From the IMG/VR virus record IMGVR_UViG_3300043446_002177, positions 1-63,112 of that record: a stretch of DNA of 63,112 nucleotides. The stretch is one strand, 5' to 3'. The first letter of the stretch is position 1. Each line of letters begins with the position of its first letter. The notes under the pieces were generated by a model. The model was not told the DNA's origin. It ran no database searches and worked only from the letters and a program-made list of their open reading frames with translations. The position numbers and the translations under genes were made by a program. Shown here piece after piece: positions 47,178 through 57,747 of the stretch. The stretch is from a virus (taxonomy: Duplodnaviria > Caudoviricetes).

Positions 47178-47570
47178 TTATGCTCCGCCTCCGTCAACTG
47201 TTATTTCGGCTGTGTAATCCGTGGAGGCGTTACCTCCGTCTATTTCTAAAACTTGATCTCCAGTTACAGGGTCTCCGCCAACTGTGAGATTGCCACCTTC
47301 ATCTAAACTGATAGGCACATTGTTAATGTAAAGAGTGTTGAGTCCAACATATAAACTACGCCACTGCTTGGTAGGACTACCGATGTCGTAGGTACTGTCT
47401 TCTGCTGGTATCAGATTAGAATCAATGTTTAACGGATCAAATACAGTGCCATCTATACCCAATGCATTGTATAATTCAGTAAAGTTATCGTTAATCTTAC
47501 CGAAAGCCGTGCGTAAAGGGTCGCCGTTGCCCTTATCCGGCGTCCCTATGTTTACTATTTGTTTTGCCAT
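47178..47570 (-). CDS. tail/baseplate protein with gp9/gp10-like N-terminus
   Basis: VNIGTPDKGNGDPLRTAFGKINDNFTELY; YDIGSPTKQW. Confidence 0.72.
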   Translation of the reverse strand: MAKQIVNIGTPDKGNGDPLRTAFGKINDNFTELYNALGIDGTVFDPLNIDSNLIPAEDSTYDIGSPTKQWRSLYVGLNTLYINNVPISLDEGGNLTVGGDPVTGDQVLEIDGGNASTDYTAEITVDGGGA

Positions 47571-47590
47571 TTAATTCGCTCCACTTGTAT

Positions 47591-50500
47591 TTAAACTCTA
47601 CCTACGGCAATTTCAATAATGCCTGCTTCTGTATAATCTTTATCTTCTAATGCTTTGCCTATGATAGTGCCTATCTTAGGATCAATTGCTTTAGCAGCAT
47701 GTCCGACAATACCCGCAGTGGTCAACATGTCGCCTTTCTTAACACGCCCAACCACCTTACACGGTACACGACCTTGTAGTGCTACGCAACTTCTAGTACC
47801 AGATAGTTCACTGTTCATGATAAATCCTGGATTAGTTGTCACTACACCGGCTAGTCTTGTATCACCAAAAATATTTGTAGTAGTAACTTCTGCACTACCG
47901 CCAAAGATTAATACAGTACCTGGCTTGTACTCTTGATCACTACTATACCATTCTGCCAAGTCAGCAAATCTTGCTTGGGTGGCAGTACCTTGGAATAGCA
48001 CAGCATATAAATCACCTGCGGCATCTCTAGCTGCAATTGTATTGGCCTGCGCAGTTGTAGACGCTGCTCTAGCAGTCACTCCGACATACAAATTACTAGC
48101 ATTAGTTGCATCGGTTGCAGTTGTTGCACTGGTTGCAGTATTGGCGCTAGTTGCATTACCGCTTAGGTTACCACTGAACGTCACAGCAGTTAAATTACCG
48201 CTAGCATCTCGTACAGCCAAAGTATTTGCTGTTGCTGCTGTGTCAGCAGTACGGGGTGTACCGCTAACATAAACATTGGTTGCATTGGTAGCATCGGTTG
48301 CTGTACTAGCAGCCAACGAACTGCTTGGTCCTAGTGTAAACTGACCTTTTAGCGTTACCGGTGTAGTAGCTTCTGCACTACCAACTGCGCTGATTACTTC
48401 AACGCCACCTGGAGTTGTAAATTTAATTGTAGTACCACTAATACTGACAGCAGTGTTACCGCCTATTTTTAAACTGTTAACATCGATGTTACCCGAAGCA
48501 TCTGTACTAACAATACTGCTGGCAGCGCCACTAGTACTGATCTGTCTAATACCAAACGAACTAGCACCAAAACTAGCACCTTTAGTAAATGTATAACTGT
48601 AAGGTACACCTAACACTGCCGAAGCATTGAATTCATTATAGGTACCTTGCTTCAACACATTTTGTACAGTTACTTCCTGAGGAGCACTAGCACTACCACT
48701 AATGTTACCTAATACTGCACCATTGCCAACGTTTTCAATTTGTGCTTTTGTAATGCCGCCAGCCTTAACACTTACAAATCCGCTAGCTGCACTAAATGTT
48801 GCTGAATCAAAACTAGCAATACCCTTTGTGGCTGCACCGGCTGTTGCAGCCGCAGTCGCGTCTAACAGTGCCAGTTTGCTTTGTGCAATAGCTGCACTAG
48901 CGTTAACATCGGCATTAACGATTGTGCCTGCTACAATTTGTAAGTTTAACTGTGCATTGTTTAGTCCTATAACAACAGCATTAATCGAATGCAAACTACC
49001 TGCAATTGTGCTGTCTGCACTGGTTGTAAATCTTGCACGTACTATGCCTTGGAAAGTTACTTTGCCTGAGCTAGGTGCATTAACAGCTCTGCTGGTATAG
49101 CTGAATATTTCATCATCAATTTGGAAGAAACCAATTGCCGGCCATGCATTAATATTAGTGCTTGTATCTGTTATAATAATTCCGCTACTGACAAATGCCT
49201 GTGTGGTTCCTACAATAGCAGCGTCTAATGTACCGGTGTTTGTACTAGTTAATGTTGGAGATATATCACCAGCAATAGTTGCACTAACAACGCTACTATC
49301 AATACCACCGGTATAAACAACAACGTCTGCTTGAACTGGTGCTAGTGTAGCAACATCCTGCATTTCACTAAATTGATTGTATCTACCACTTTGGAAGTCA
49401 ACATAGGCTTTGTTAGCAGCATCTAAGTTGTCTGTTGGATTAGCTAAGTTCTTAACTTGGTAACCGCCCATTTGCAAGTTACCAGTCATGCCTAGTGTAC
49501 CAGTTAATGGTAAGTATCCAGGACCAATACGGTTTGGTACAGGCACTTGGCCGCCATTGTGATCTAGACCTAATCGTTTATCAATGTATGCTCTAGTTGC
49601 ACGTTCAACAGCTACCTTTTCTGTAGCGTTGGCTGTAAATGTATCGTCAGTTGAAAATTCATTTACTGTAACACCTTGTTTAAATCCTAGACCGTCTAAG
49701 TTACTTAGAGCAATACTAGCACTAAATGTAACAGTACCAGTACCCTGGTCTACTTTAAAAAACTTACCAACACGGAAAATACCGTTTTGGTCTGTGGTTA
49801 CATAAAACACACGACCTTTGTTTGTTTCAACAACTTCTTTAGTTTGGTCTGCAGACAGTGCAGGGTTACCGTAAATAGTCGACGGATAGTTACTAGTGTT
49901 AAATCCGCCAGTACCAATGTCTAAGAAGTCATGTCCTGTGGCTCGGCATGTTGAAATTTTAATTGTAATTGCACCACTTGAACCTGACGGTAAACCTGCT
50001 CTTAATGTTAAACTAGTATTACTTGGAAATGCCGCAGCAATACCACTGGCAGTTTGACTGTAATTGTTATTGTCGCTAACATCGGCAATAGTAATATAAG
50101 CTGGAATAACACCATTTACTGCTGTATAGCTTAAAATTTTATGAATTTTTCCTGCCCAGCTAAACAATAAGATTCCTGAATTAAATAAATCTCTAGTACT
50201 TTGTAGGGTTGTACCATCGAAGTCATAAATTGCAATTCTTGTGTCACCTATGGTTGCGCCCATAGTTTTGCTACCGCCTGCTACGGGATCAACTGTACTT
50301 AATTTACTATTAAAAGTAGTTGGTTTTAAATAATTGAAACTAGTATCAGCGGTTAAGATAGCTTGGTTAGAAGGCATTAAACTACCTTCTGAAGTACTAT
50401 TTCCATAAGAAATTAATCTATATGTAGTACCAGTTAAGTCATACTCTAGTGCAGTACTTGGTCTAGTTGGATTAACGTTTTCAATTCCGCTAAATCTAAA

Positions 50501-53500
50501 GTTTTGAAGTCCTCTAAAAATAATATTTTGATTATCAGACAGAGCATAAGCAAGACCACTGCTTAACCTATTATCGTTACCTGTAGAAGATAGACCTACT
50601 TGTAGTACTTCTAAACCACCAAACACTGTACCACCAGATGTATATGTGGTAAACGTTGTACTGTCGACAGCAGTTGCCAATGTGGCATCGGTATATAACT
50701 GAACAGTTGTTGTACCGTTGACTTTAATATAATATAAGCCATCAACTTGTGTCATACCACCGACGCCGCTGATGTTAATCAAATGTCCGCTTTGATAATG
50801 ATGTGCTTCTGTAAATGTTACCTGTGCAGGACTTGCTTTACTGATAGCACTTACACTATAAGTAATCTTTTCATAGAGCGTACCACCTTCGTAGGCAGTA
50901 CCTGATCCAGTTCCAACACCGCTGGCTGTAAATCTAGTGCCTGGATTACTGTTAGCAGCACCTACTAGTGTAAAGTTAGTAGTGCCAGCCGATAAAATAA
51001 TGTATTCTCTACCTACTACAAAACTACCAGCAGTTACTCCAGTATAGGCACTGGGTGCAGTAAATGTACCAGTGTATCCACTTGTATCTAAAGGTGTGCT
51101 GAATACGCCTGTGCTTGAATTATAATTTGTGTATATTTCAGCAGTATTGTATGTTAATGGTTTAACATAGTACTTACTGCCATTAAATGCAGCACTGCTA
51201 CCGTTCCAGAATACACCGGTCATTCTAATTCTATCACCAGCATAGAATTTTATACTACCAAAAATGTAACCACCAGATGTATATGTACCATATAATGAAC
51301 TGTCAACTGGACTGTTTAATGATGCATCTGCATACAGACCAAACGTAGTAGTTGAATAGCCGGTAACTTTGACATAGAATGTTGCATTGTTAATTTGAGT
51401 CATGCCGCCAACATCAGATATATTGATAATATCTCTATCAACAAATCCGTGAGCAGAAGAAGTAGTTATGACACATGGAAATGCCTTGGTGGCTCCTGTT
51501 ATAGTAAGCGGTACAGTAGCAGTCATTGGTCCTCCGCCACTATTTGTACCGACAGTAAATGCAGTTGTACTATTTTTTACTGTGCTAATACTAAATTGTG
51601 TTGCAGTAAATCCGCTCATTACATAATAAGTAGTTCCTATAACAATGTTGCTACCAGTTAATGTAGTGCCAGCAAATACAATAGGCATACCAGCATATAA
51701 TGTTGATGTGCTAGCTACTGTGATTAAATTACTACCTGTTGCTGTAACACTTAGTGAATTAAAAAATCCGCTGCTGCCTAATGTAACAACAGCAGTAGAG
51801 GCCTTACTCATACCAGTTACGCGATACTCGTATTGGCTTTGATTGATACCAGTTCGCTGTGCAGTGGTAACTTCATAACGAGCAATAGTACCGTTACCGT
51901 GATCAACTTCCATTTCACTTACACGGTCTGGAATAAAGCTATATCTCTTAATGTAAAGTATTAAATCTGCCGATTTACTTGTATTACTGTAATCTCCGTA
52001 TCTATAGACTTTGGCAGTCTGTGTCATATTGTTAAACAGTGTAACAGCATCTGGAAGTTCAGTTGGATCTGAGCCGTCCGCTTTTAAACCATATATACCG
52101 TTGGCATTAGAACCTGCAACACTTCGGACCTGGCCGCCTTTGCTGGCATAATATGCTGTATAGCAGTAGTAGGTAAATGTTGAAACTTGTTCTGTTAGAC
52201 CAGCATTGTGCGCTACAATACCGTAACCTAAATCGTTAACCTGAGTGTAATCGTTGGCCAACATGCTACGATTGCCTGGAGTTTCTAAAATAATATCTAA
52301 ATTACCGCCACTCCACGGTGTACTTGGATTTAGGTTTAAGGTAGCTATGCCAGAAATAGAATTCCAACTGGCAACGTTATCGACTTGATATCTGAAACCG
52401 TTATAGTAAAAAGAAGTAGGAGCAATAGGCCTACGTTTAGTCAGTCCTGATACTGTTAATAATAATCCTGCCCCGGCAGTTGCGGTAATTGTAGCAGTTA
52501 ATCTACCAGAGAAACCGTCAATAAACATACCGCCACCAAAGTTCTGTTGGTTCTTACTGCCCATGAAAGATGCACTTTCTTGTACATATGGACTCTTGCT
52601 ACCAATTGAACCACTTGGATCTAACACACACATGAATCCGCCGTGTCCTTGACCAGTGATATTACTGATACGAACTGCATCATTAAACATGAATGCATCT
52701 AAATCTTTGTTATTCTTTGGCGGGTTGTAAGCTGGATCAAATGCAAATGCTACAGTTCCAACTAGGTTGGCTACAAGAGTTGGTGTTGGAGTTTCGGTCG
52801 TTATTGTAGTATTAATAACTTGATTAACAGTTCCACGCTTAGGTGGTGTTGTTAGTGCTGTTAATAGAGTATTGGTAATAACTTTTTGTGCTACAGTATT
52901 AATATAGTTAATACCTGCAATACACTGTACGCTATTAACTATACTACTGCTATTGTAAAAAGATAATGCAGCATTGACTACAGCAGCTTTGCCCCCAGTT
53001 TTTAAGTCGCTTATAATTGCATCTACAATAATACCTGTGTCTCGCAACGATTTAGATTGATTAAAAACATAAGAAGGATAAGTTGCAATAATATATGCTA
53101 ATACTTCAGCTTTGATAAACTCTTTGTTTTGTTCAATTAACTTAGCTGCATTTACATAGCTGCCAGCATTAGAATAACTAGTGCCAACGTTCATTGTAGT
53201 AGCAGGATTCTTTAGATAATGATAGCCATATTCTGGAGAGTCGTAAGGGCCAAAGGCACTGATTAGATTGCTTAGACCATTTGTAATAACACTACTAACA
53301 GCAGTGAGTAAAGAACTGGCTTTAGTCTTTGCTGTACTTTCAGTAAATCCTGGATTAATTCTAGCAGTACCAGAACCTGAACCAGTACCAGTAGCAGTAA
53401 AGCTAACACCAATAGTGTTAGAAGCAGCACCAATTGCAGTAAAACTTGTAGTACCAACAAATGTAATTGTATAGCGTTGTCCAACAACAAAACTACCTGC

Positions 53501-56188
53501 ACTAGTTGTACTTTGAGTAACAGTAGCTTGTAGTGGTGTGTAAGCAGCACCAGATAGGATATAGTTGTAAACTATGTCATTTAATTTTGTAATAGCAGCA
53601 CTGGTCTGTGCCTCCTGTCCAGATATTTTACTAACTACACCGTTATAGTATAATGAAGCAGCATAATAGCTCTTAGCATTACCACCGTATTTAATATCAT
53701 TAATTAGTGCATCAATGATGTAACCAACGTCTCGAGCACACTTAGTTGAGTTATATGTAAAGCCAGTAGTAAACGGAGCAATGTTTCCGGATACCTGAGC
53801 AGCAATCCATGCAATAATTTCTTTTTGTAAAAATGCTTTATCAGCAGTTAGTGCAGCAATGGTATAAGGATTTGAAGTTGTTTTTAATTCTAGGCCGTCA
53901 AAGTTATTGTCTCTGTAGAAGTAAGTTTGAATCCATGGGCTTTGGCTAGCACGGTCTCGAGGTCTGACAATACATCTGCGAAAATCGTTGCCTCTGATAG
54001 TTACGTTAGCTGGAACCCTAATAGGATAATCTTCATAGTAGACACCAGACTCAACGTGAATGGTAACTTGAATAGCGTTGTTTGCTTCGGCAAATTCTAG
54101 TTCTTCGTTGACGTCAAAATTTTGAGGAGTTAGTAAATTAATTAGAATAGTATCGTTAGTGGCACCATTACTGTAACTGGTAATTTTGCCTACAGCGCCT
54201 GTTCTAAGACCTCTAATTAATTTTCCGGGAATAATATCAACATTACCAGCCTGTCCTTGATCTACAAACCCTGCACTACCGTTACTTACAAGAACTTGTA
54301 TTTGACCTGTACCGTAATCAATTGCAGGAGCAGCACTAGTTCCGTTTTGTACAATGTTAATCACAATATCAAAGTTAGTGGCCACAAGACTGGTCATTAA
54401 TCCGCTAACTACAGCCGGATCTGTTTGTCTAGTATAAACGCTTTGATAACTTACCACAGGATTAACTTTGTTTAACACACGATCTGCTAGATACTTGGCA
54501 TAAACAATACCGGCTACAGTTTCTAATTGCTGTGTACCGCTGGCAATTTTTGCACTGGCATTTTTGTAATAGCTCTTACCAGCATTTACACTTTGCCAGT
54601 TACCATTAACTAAGGTGTCAATAATAATAGCATCAATAATTAGACCGACGTCTCTAGAGCATGTTTCTGCATTATAATTTAAATCTGGGTAGGTTGCGTT
54701 GATATACCCAATTGTTTCTGCTCTAATATACTCTCTGTTAAGATTTAACAGTGTTTGAACAGCAGTATATCCAGTACCACCTGTAAATGTGACACTGGTA
54801 GTTTGACTAGTGTACTTTACATTGCTTAATGTATAGGTAATTTTTTGTCTATAAGGACCTGGTTCTAGTGCATTTAGATCTAATATTTGTTCTGCTTTAT
54901 AACATGCAGCCCCAACGGTTGCATAGGCGTAAGCATAGGCGCTGCCTTCCTTTCCTGGAGGTGTATTTGTTTGATTGTCGTCACCGCTATTGGCAACAAA
55001 CAAGTTTACCTGACTAGCAAAGCTACTGTTATCAACATAATATTTGGTCGCTGCCTGCAAATCATCATCACCGTTTGGGGTTCCTGAACCAGCTAATGCA
55101 CCGGGATGGTCGTTTAAAATTAATGGACCAGTCATAGTATCGCCTTGACGACGTACTACACTCTTACGTGGAAGTGCTTCGTTGCTAAGATAATTACCTG
55201 CTAAATTGGTATTTAGATAAGCATCGGTTAGTGTTTGTGTTCCTGTACCACCTGCTGGGAATATTTTGTTAGTTCCGGCTTTTGCATCGTTAGATGTGTA
55301 ATGCATACTAACATAATTTGCATCTACATATTTTAAATGATAAACAGGTTGTACTACACCAGTACCGGTACCAGCACCGGTAGCACTAAACACAGTGCCT
55401 ACAGAATTTTCGTTAGCACCAATAAGAGTAAAGTCTGTAGTACCTAATGAGTAAATCTTATAAGATCTGCCAACAGTTAATGATCCTGCTACTTTAGTTT
55501 CTTCTAAGTTAGTAGCATTAGTACCAGTGGAATTGTATGTAAATGCAATACCGTCGGAGCCACTATCAAAACCGTGACCTGGTAAATTTGCATTATTATT
55601 TCCACTGTAGCCTACAATGGTTCTTGTATACTGGGCCTGACTCGATGGCTCGTCTCGAACACGCAATTGGCCACTGGTTCCAGAACCGCCAGTACTTTGA
55701 ATATATCTACGGTCAGCATAGCCTTTAGTGATTACTAAGTCGTCGATTGTAGCAGTAACACCGGTTGGTCCCCATACTGCATTAAATGTTGAAACAGCAC
55801 TAGCACTAGGCTCTGCAATTTTAGCAATAGGTAATGTGTTAGCATTCAACGGTGCGCCGAGACTAGGTCTAGGATCTGAGCTAAGACTACTAGAAGTATT
55901 GTTAATAACAACTTGTGTTTCACTGGTATTATCGATAGTAATACCAGATCCAGCAACTAGATTTTTAGCTAAAACACTATCTCCCGCTGCATTAACTACA
56001 AAGATTTGATTTGGATCGTAGGTGTTAGGAAAATCATCTAAATTAGTACTTTTAATTAGATCTTCACCAGCACCAAATACTGCATAAAGATCTCTAAAAT
56101 TTTCGTTTACTTTTCTAAATGCTTCGCGAATACTATCGCCTGTACCGTCGTTACCGGTTACCCCAATTTCAATATTTTGTCTTGCCAT
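47591..56188 (-). CDS. giant virion structural/tail fibre protein (2865 aa) with C-terminal intramolecular-chaperone domain
   Basis: gp9/10-like N-terminus GNDGTGDSIREAF; FCCH-like repeats (H-G-F-x-x-x-D-x-I-x-I-x-x-V-x-G-M-T-Q); CxRD repeats; C-terminal ADLAEWY...VALQGRVPCKV. Confidence 0.82.
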   Translation of the reverse strand: MARQNIEIGVTGNDGTGDSIREAFRKVNENFRDLYAVFGAGEDLIKSTNLDDFPNTYDPNQIFVVNAAGDSVLAKNLVAGSGITIDNTSETQVVINNTSSSLSSDPRPSLGAPLNANTLPIAKIAEPSASAVSTFNAVWGPTGVTATIDDLVITKGYADRRYIQSTGGSGTSGQLRVRDEPSSQAQYTRTIVGYSGNNNANLPGHGFDSGSDGIAFTYNSTGTNATNLEETKVAGSLTVGRSYKIYSLGTTDFTLIGANENSVGTVFSATGAGTGTGVVQPVYHLKYVDANYVSMHYTSNDAKAGTNKIFPAGGTGTQTLTDAYLNTNLAGNYLSNEALPRKSVVRRQGDTMTGPLILNDHPGALAGSGTPNGDDDLQAATKYYVDNSSFASQVNLFVANSGDDNQTNTPPGKEGSAYAYAYATVGAACYKAEQILDLNALEPGPYRQKITYTLSNVKYTSQTTSVTFTGGTGYTAVQTLLNLNREYIRAETIGYINATYPDLNYNAETCSRDVGLIIDAIIIDTLVNGNWQSVNAGKSYYKNASAKIASGTQQLETVAGIVYAKYLADRVLNKVNPVVSYQSVYTRQTDPAVVSGLMTSLVATNFDIVINIVQNGTSAAPAIDYGTGQIQVLVSNGSAGFVDQGQAGNVDIIPGKLIRGLRTGAVGKITSYSNGATNDTILINLLTPQNFDVNEELEFAEANNAIQVTIHVESGVYYEDYPIRVPANVTIRGNDFRRCIVRPRDRASQSPWIQTYFYRDNNFDGLELKTTSNPYTIAALTADKAFLQKEIIAWIAAQVSGNIAPFTTGFTYNSTKCARDVGYIIDALINDIKYGGNAKSYYAASLYYNGVVSKISGQEAQTSAAITKLNDIVYNYILSGAAYTPLQATVTQSTTSAGSFVVGQRYTITFVGTTSFTAIGAASNTIGVSFTATGTGSGSGTARINPGFTESTAKTKASSLLTAVSSVITNGLSNLISAFGPYDSPEYGYHYLKNPATTMNVGTSYSNAGSYVNAAKLIEQNKEFIKAEVLAYIIATYPSYVFNQSKSLRDTGIIVDAIISDLKTGGKAAVVNAALSFYNSSSIVNSVQCIAGINYINTVAQKVITNTLLTALTTPPKRGTVNQVINTTITTETPTPTLVANLVGTVAFAFDPAYNPPKNNKDLDAFMFNDAVRISNITGQGHGGFMCVLDPSGSIGSKSPYVQESASFMGSKNQQNFGGGMFIDGFSGRLTATITATAGAGLLLTVSGLTKRRPIAPTSFYYNGFRYQVDNVASWNSISGIATLNLNPSTPWSGGNLDIILETPGNRSMLANDYTQVNDLGYGIVAHNAGLTEQVSTFTYYCYTAYYASKGGQVRSVAGSNANGIYGLKADGSDPTELPDAVTLFNNMTQTAKVYRYGDYSNTSKSADLILYIKRYSFIPDRVSEMEVDHGNGTIARYEVTTAQRTGINQSQYEYRVTGMSKASTAVVTLGSSGFFNSLSVTATGSNLITVASTSTLYAGMPIVFAGTTLTGSNIVIGTTYYVMSGFTATQFSISTVKNSTTAFTVGTNSGGGPMTATVPLTITGATKAFPCVITTSSAHGFVDRDIINISDVGGMTQINNATFYVKVTGYSTTTFGLYADASLNSPVDSSLYGTYTSGGYIFGSIKFYAGDRIRMTGVFWNGSSAAFNGSKYYVKPLTYNTAEIYTNYNSSTGVFSTPLDTSGYTGTFTAPSAYTGVTAGSFVVGREYIILSAGTTNFTLVGAANSNPGTRFTASGVGTGSGTAYEGGTLYEKITYSVSAISKASPAQVTFTEAHHYQSGHLINISGVGGMTQVDGLYYIKVNGTTTVQLYTDATLATAVDSTTFTTYTSGGTVFGGLEVLQVGLSSTGNDNRLSSGLAYALSDNQNIIFRGLQNFRFSGIENVNPTRPSTALEYDLTGTTYRLISYGNSTSEGSLMPSNQAILTADTSFNYLKPTTFNSKLSTVDPVAGGSKTMGATIGDTRIAIYDFDGTTLQSTRDLFNSGILLFSWAGKIHKILSYTAVNGVIPAYITIADVSDNNNYSQTASGIAAAFPSNTSLTLRAGLPSGSSGAITIKISTCRATGHDFLDIGTGGFNTSNYPSTIYGNPALSADQTKEVVETNKGRVFYVTTDQNGIFRVGKFFKVDQGTGTVTFSASIALSNLDGLGFKQGVTVNEFSTDDTFTANATEKVAVERATRAYIDKRLGLDHNGGQVPVPNRIGPGYLPLTGTLGMTGNLQMGGYQVKNLANPTDNLDAANKAYVDFQSGRYNQFSEMQDVATLAPVQADVVVYTGGIDSSVVSATIAGDISPTLTSTNTGTLDAAIVGTTQAFVSSGIIITDTSTNINAWPAIGFFQIDDEIFSYTSRAVNAPSSGKVTFQGIVRARFTTSADSTIAGSLHSINAVVIGLNNAQLNLQIVAGTIVNADVNASAAIAQSKLALLDATAAATAGAATKGIASFDSATFSAASGFVSVKAGGITKAQIENVGNGAVLGNISGSASAPQEVTVQNVLKQGTYNEFNASAVLGVPYSYTFTKGASFGASSFGIRQISTSGAASSIVSTDASGNIDVNSLKIGGNTAVSISGTTIKFTTPGGVEVISAVGSAEATTPVTLKGQFTLGPSSSLAASTATDATNATNVYVSGTPRTADTAATANTLAVRDASGNLTAVTFSGNLSGNATSANTATSATTATDATNASNLYVGVTARAASTTAQANTIAARDAAGDLYAVLFQGTATQARFADLAEWYSSDQEYKPGTVLIFGGSAEVTTTNIFGDTRLAGVVTTNPGFIMNSELSGTRSCVALQGRVPCKVVGRVKKGDMLTTAGIVGHAAKAIDPKIGTIIGKALEDKDYTEAGIIEIAVGRV

Positions 56189-56190
56189 TC

Positions 56191-56544
56191 TTATACCTCT
56201 AAGTGATCAAAGTAGTCATCTGCTACTGAAAAACTACTACCGCAACCGCAGGTTGTTTCTGCATTAGGATTTTTAATTGTAAAACTACTGCCCATTAGGT
56301 CGTCTTTATAGTCTATTTCTGCGCCTTGTAAATACTGCATACTCATAGCATCTACTAGCACACGACTGTTGCCTATGGGGATTTCAAAGTCGTCTTCGTT
56401 TTTTTCTTCTTCAAAAGTAAATCCATAACTCATTCCACTACATCCGCCACCTTGAACAAAAGTTCTTAAACAGAGTTTGGGGTTATTTTCTTCAGCTAGA
56501 AGATCTAATATCTTTTCTTTAGCTGATTCGGAGATAGTTAACAT
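56191..56544 (-). CDS. A-type Fe-S carrier (ErpA/IscA/HesB)
   Basis: [30 protein letters not shown]. Confidence 0.93.
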   Translation of the reverse strand: MLTISESAKEKILDLLAEENNPKLCLRTFVQGGGCSGMSYGFTFEEEKNEDDFEIPIGNSRVLVDAMSMQYLQGAEIDYKDDLMGSSFTIKNPNAETTCGCGSSFSVADDYFDHLEV

Positions 56545-56604
56545 AGAAATCCTTTTAATAAGGTATTTACCTAAAGATTTTATAACCTTAATGTAAATAG
56601 TTTT

Positions 56605-56892
56605 ATGTATATGGGTTACGAAACTATCAAGACAGTCTATACTAGACCTAGTAAACTAGGACGTACTCACGAATATGTTAGAGAACAAACGGTAGTTTTG
56701 TTTAGATGTGATAATTGCGGAGAAGCATTTAGCAGACCTAAAGGATCAATGAGTCCAAAGAGATTAAGTAACAATTATTTTCACTGCTGTTCTCACTGCA
56801 ATCCTAAAAAATTTGCCCAAAAAAAAGGCGCCGAGCGGCGCACTATTTGGGATAAAACTGTTAACAGCGATTTAGATATCAGCCGACTCTAG
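56605..56892 (+). CDS. small Zn-ribbon protein
   Basis: CDNC ... CSHC; TAAATA at 56594-56599. Confidence 0.62.
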   Translation: MYMGYETIKTVYTRPSKLGRTHEYVREQTVVLFRCDNCGEAFSRPKGSMSPKRLSNNYFHCCSHCNPKKFAQKKGAERRTIWDKTVNSDLDISRL

Positions 56893-57430
56893 ACTCAATA
56901 ACTGACCAATCTATAATACGCCAAATATTTTTAAGATATCCTTTCTTGTCTGCTTGATAATCTAATGCCCAGGCATGTTCCCACCAATCGATTAGCAATA
57001 GTATGTCCTTGCGTATTTGGTGATTTTTAATAGTTTTAATTTCACCCTTGTAACTAAGGTAAACCCAGCCACTACCTTGTATAGCCATAGCAGTTTTTTC
57101 AAACTCTTGCTTCATATTATCGAAGCTTTTGAATTTAGTTTCTATAAGCTCTAGAGTTTTGCCCGTTGGGTTATTTGTACCCACAGGTTCTTTAAATTGT
57201 GTAAAGAAAATGTCGTGTAGGAATGCGCCTGCTTCGTTAAATTCGGGATCGCCCTCGCCTTCGTTATAGCGTTCTACATAAGTTTTGTATAGTTTGCCAT
57301 AGTGATAGTTAATAGTATCTTCACTCATTACGGGATCTAGTGCATCCTTTTTGTAAGACAATTTAGTGTGCTCTAGTTTTTTACTAGAAACAGTTTCATT
57401 TAATACACTTTTTATAAAATTATATGGCAT
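56879..57430 (-). CDS. Fe/Mn superoxide dismutase (shortened)
   Basis: L-x-Y-x-x-D-A-L-x-P, H-Y-G-K, GSGW, DWWEHAW-x-L-D-Y, W-x-I-I-D-W. Confidence 0.85.
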   Translation of the reverse strand: MPYNFIKSVLNETVSSKKLEHTKLSYKKDALDPVMSEDTINYHYGKLYKTYVERYNEGEGDPEFNEAGAFLHDIFFTQFKEPVGTNNPTGKTLELIETKFKSFDNMKQEFEKTAMAIQGSGWVYLSYKGEIKTIKNHQIRKDILLLIDWWEHAWALDYQADKKGYLKNIWRIIDWSVIESRVG

Positions 57431-57435
57431 GTTTA

Positions 57436-57452
57436 TATTTAGCTTATAAATA
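57436..57452. promoter_or_regulatory. back-to-back late promoter motifs
   Basis: tattta at 57436-57441 (for the SOD gene) and TATAAATA at 57445-57452 (for the plus-strand gene). Confidence 0.62.
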
Positions 57453-57474
57453 ATTACCTAAGGAGGAACATATT

Positions 57475-57747
57475 ATGTTCAAAACAATTAAAGAATTTTT
57501 GTTTGGTAAATTACCCGAACAAAAAGCATCAGAGGCACCATACAAAGTTGAGGCACCTGCACCCGTAGCAGTTCCAGAGTCTATTCCAGCACCTGCTGTA
57601 GTTGAGGTCGCACCAACTTCTGCACCAGAACCAGCAGTTGAATCAAAGCCCGCTGCTACAAAAGCCAAGAAAAAACCCGCTGCCAAAAAGCCAGCGGGTG
57701 AAAAAAAGCCTCGTACGCCTCGTAAGCCTAAATCACAAAAGGCTTAA
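57475..57747 (+). CDS. Pro/Ala/Lys-rich protein (H1-like basic tail)
   Basis: AAGGAGG SD; C-terminal KAKKKPAAKKPAGEKKPRTPRKPK. Confidence 0.68.
   Translation: MFKTIKEFLFGKLPEQKASEAPYKVEAPAPVAVPESIPAPAVVEVAPTSAPEPAVESKPAATKAKKKPAAKKPAGEKKPRTPRKPKSQKA

Noticed and set aside
57444-57686. 80-aa minus-strand ORF
   Set aside because: Antisense to 57475..57747, which has a strong SD and a late promoter motif
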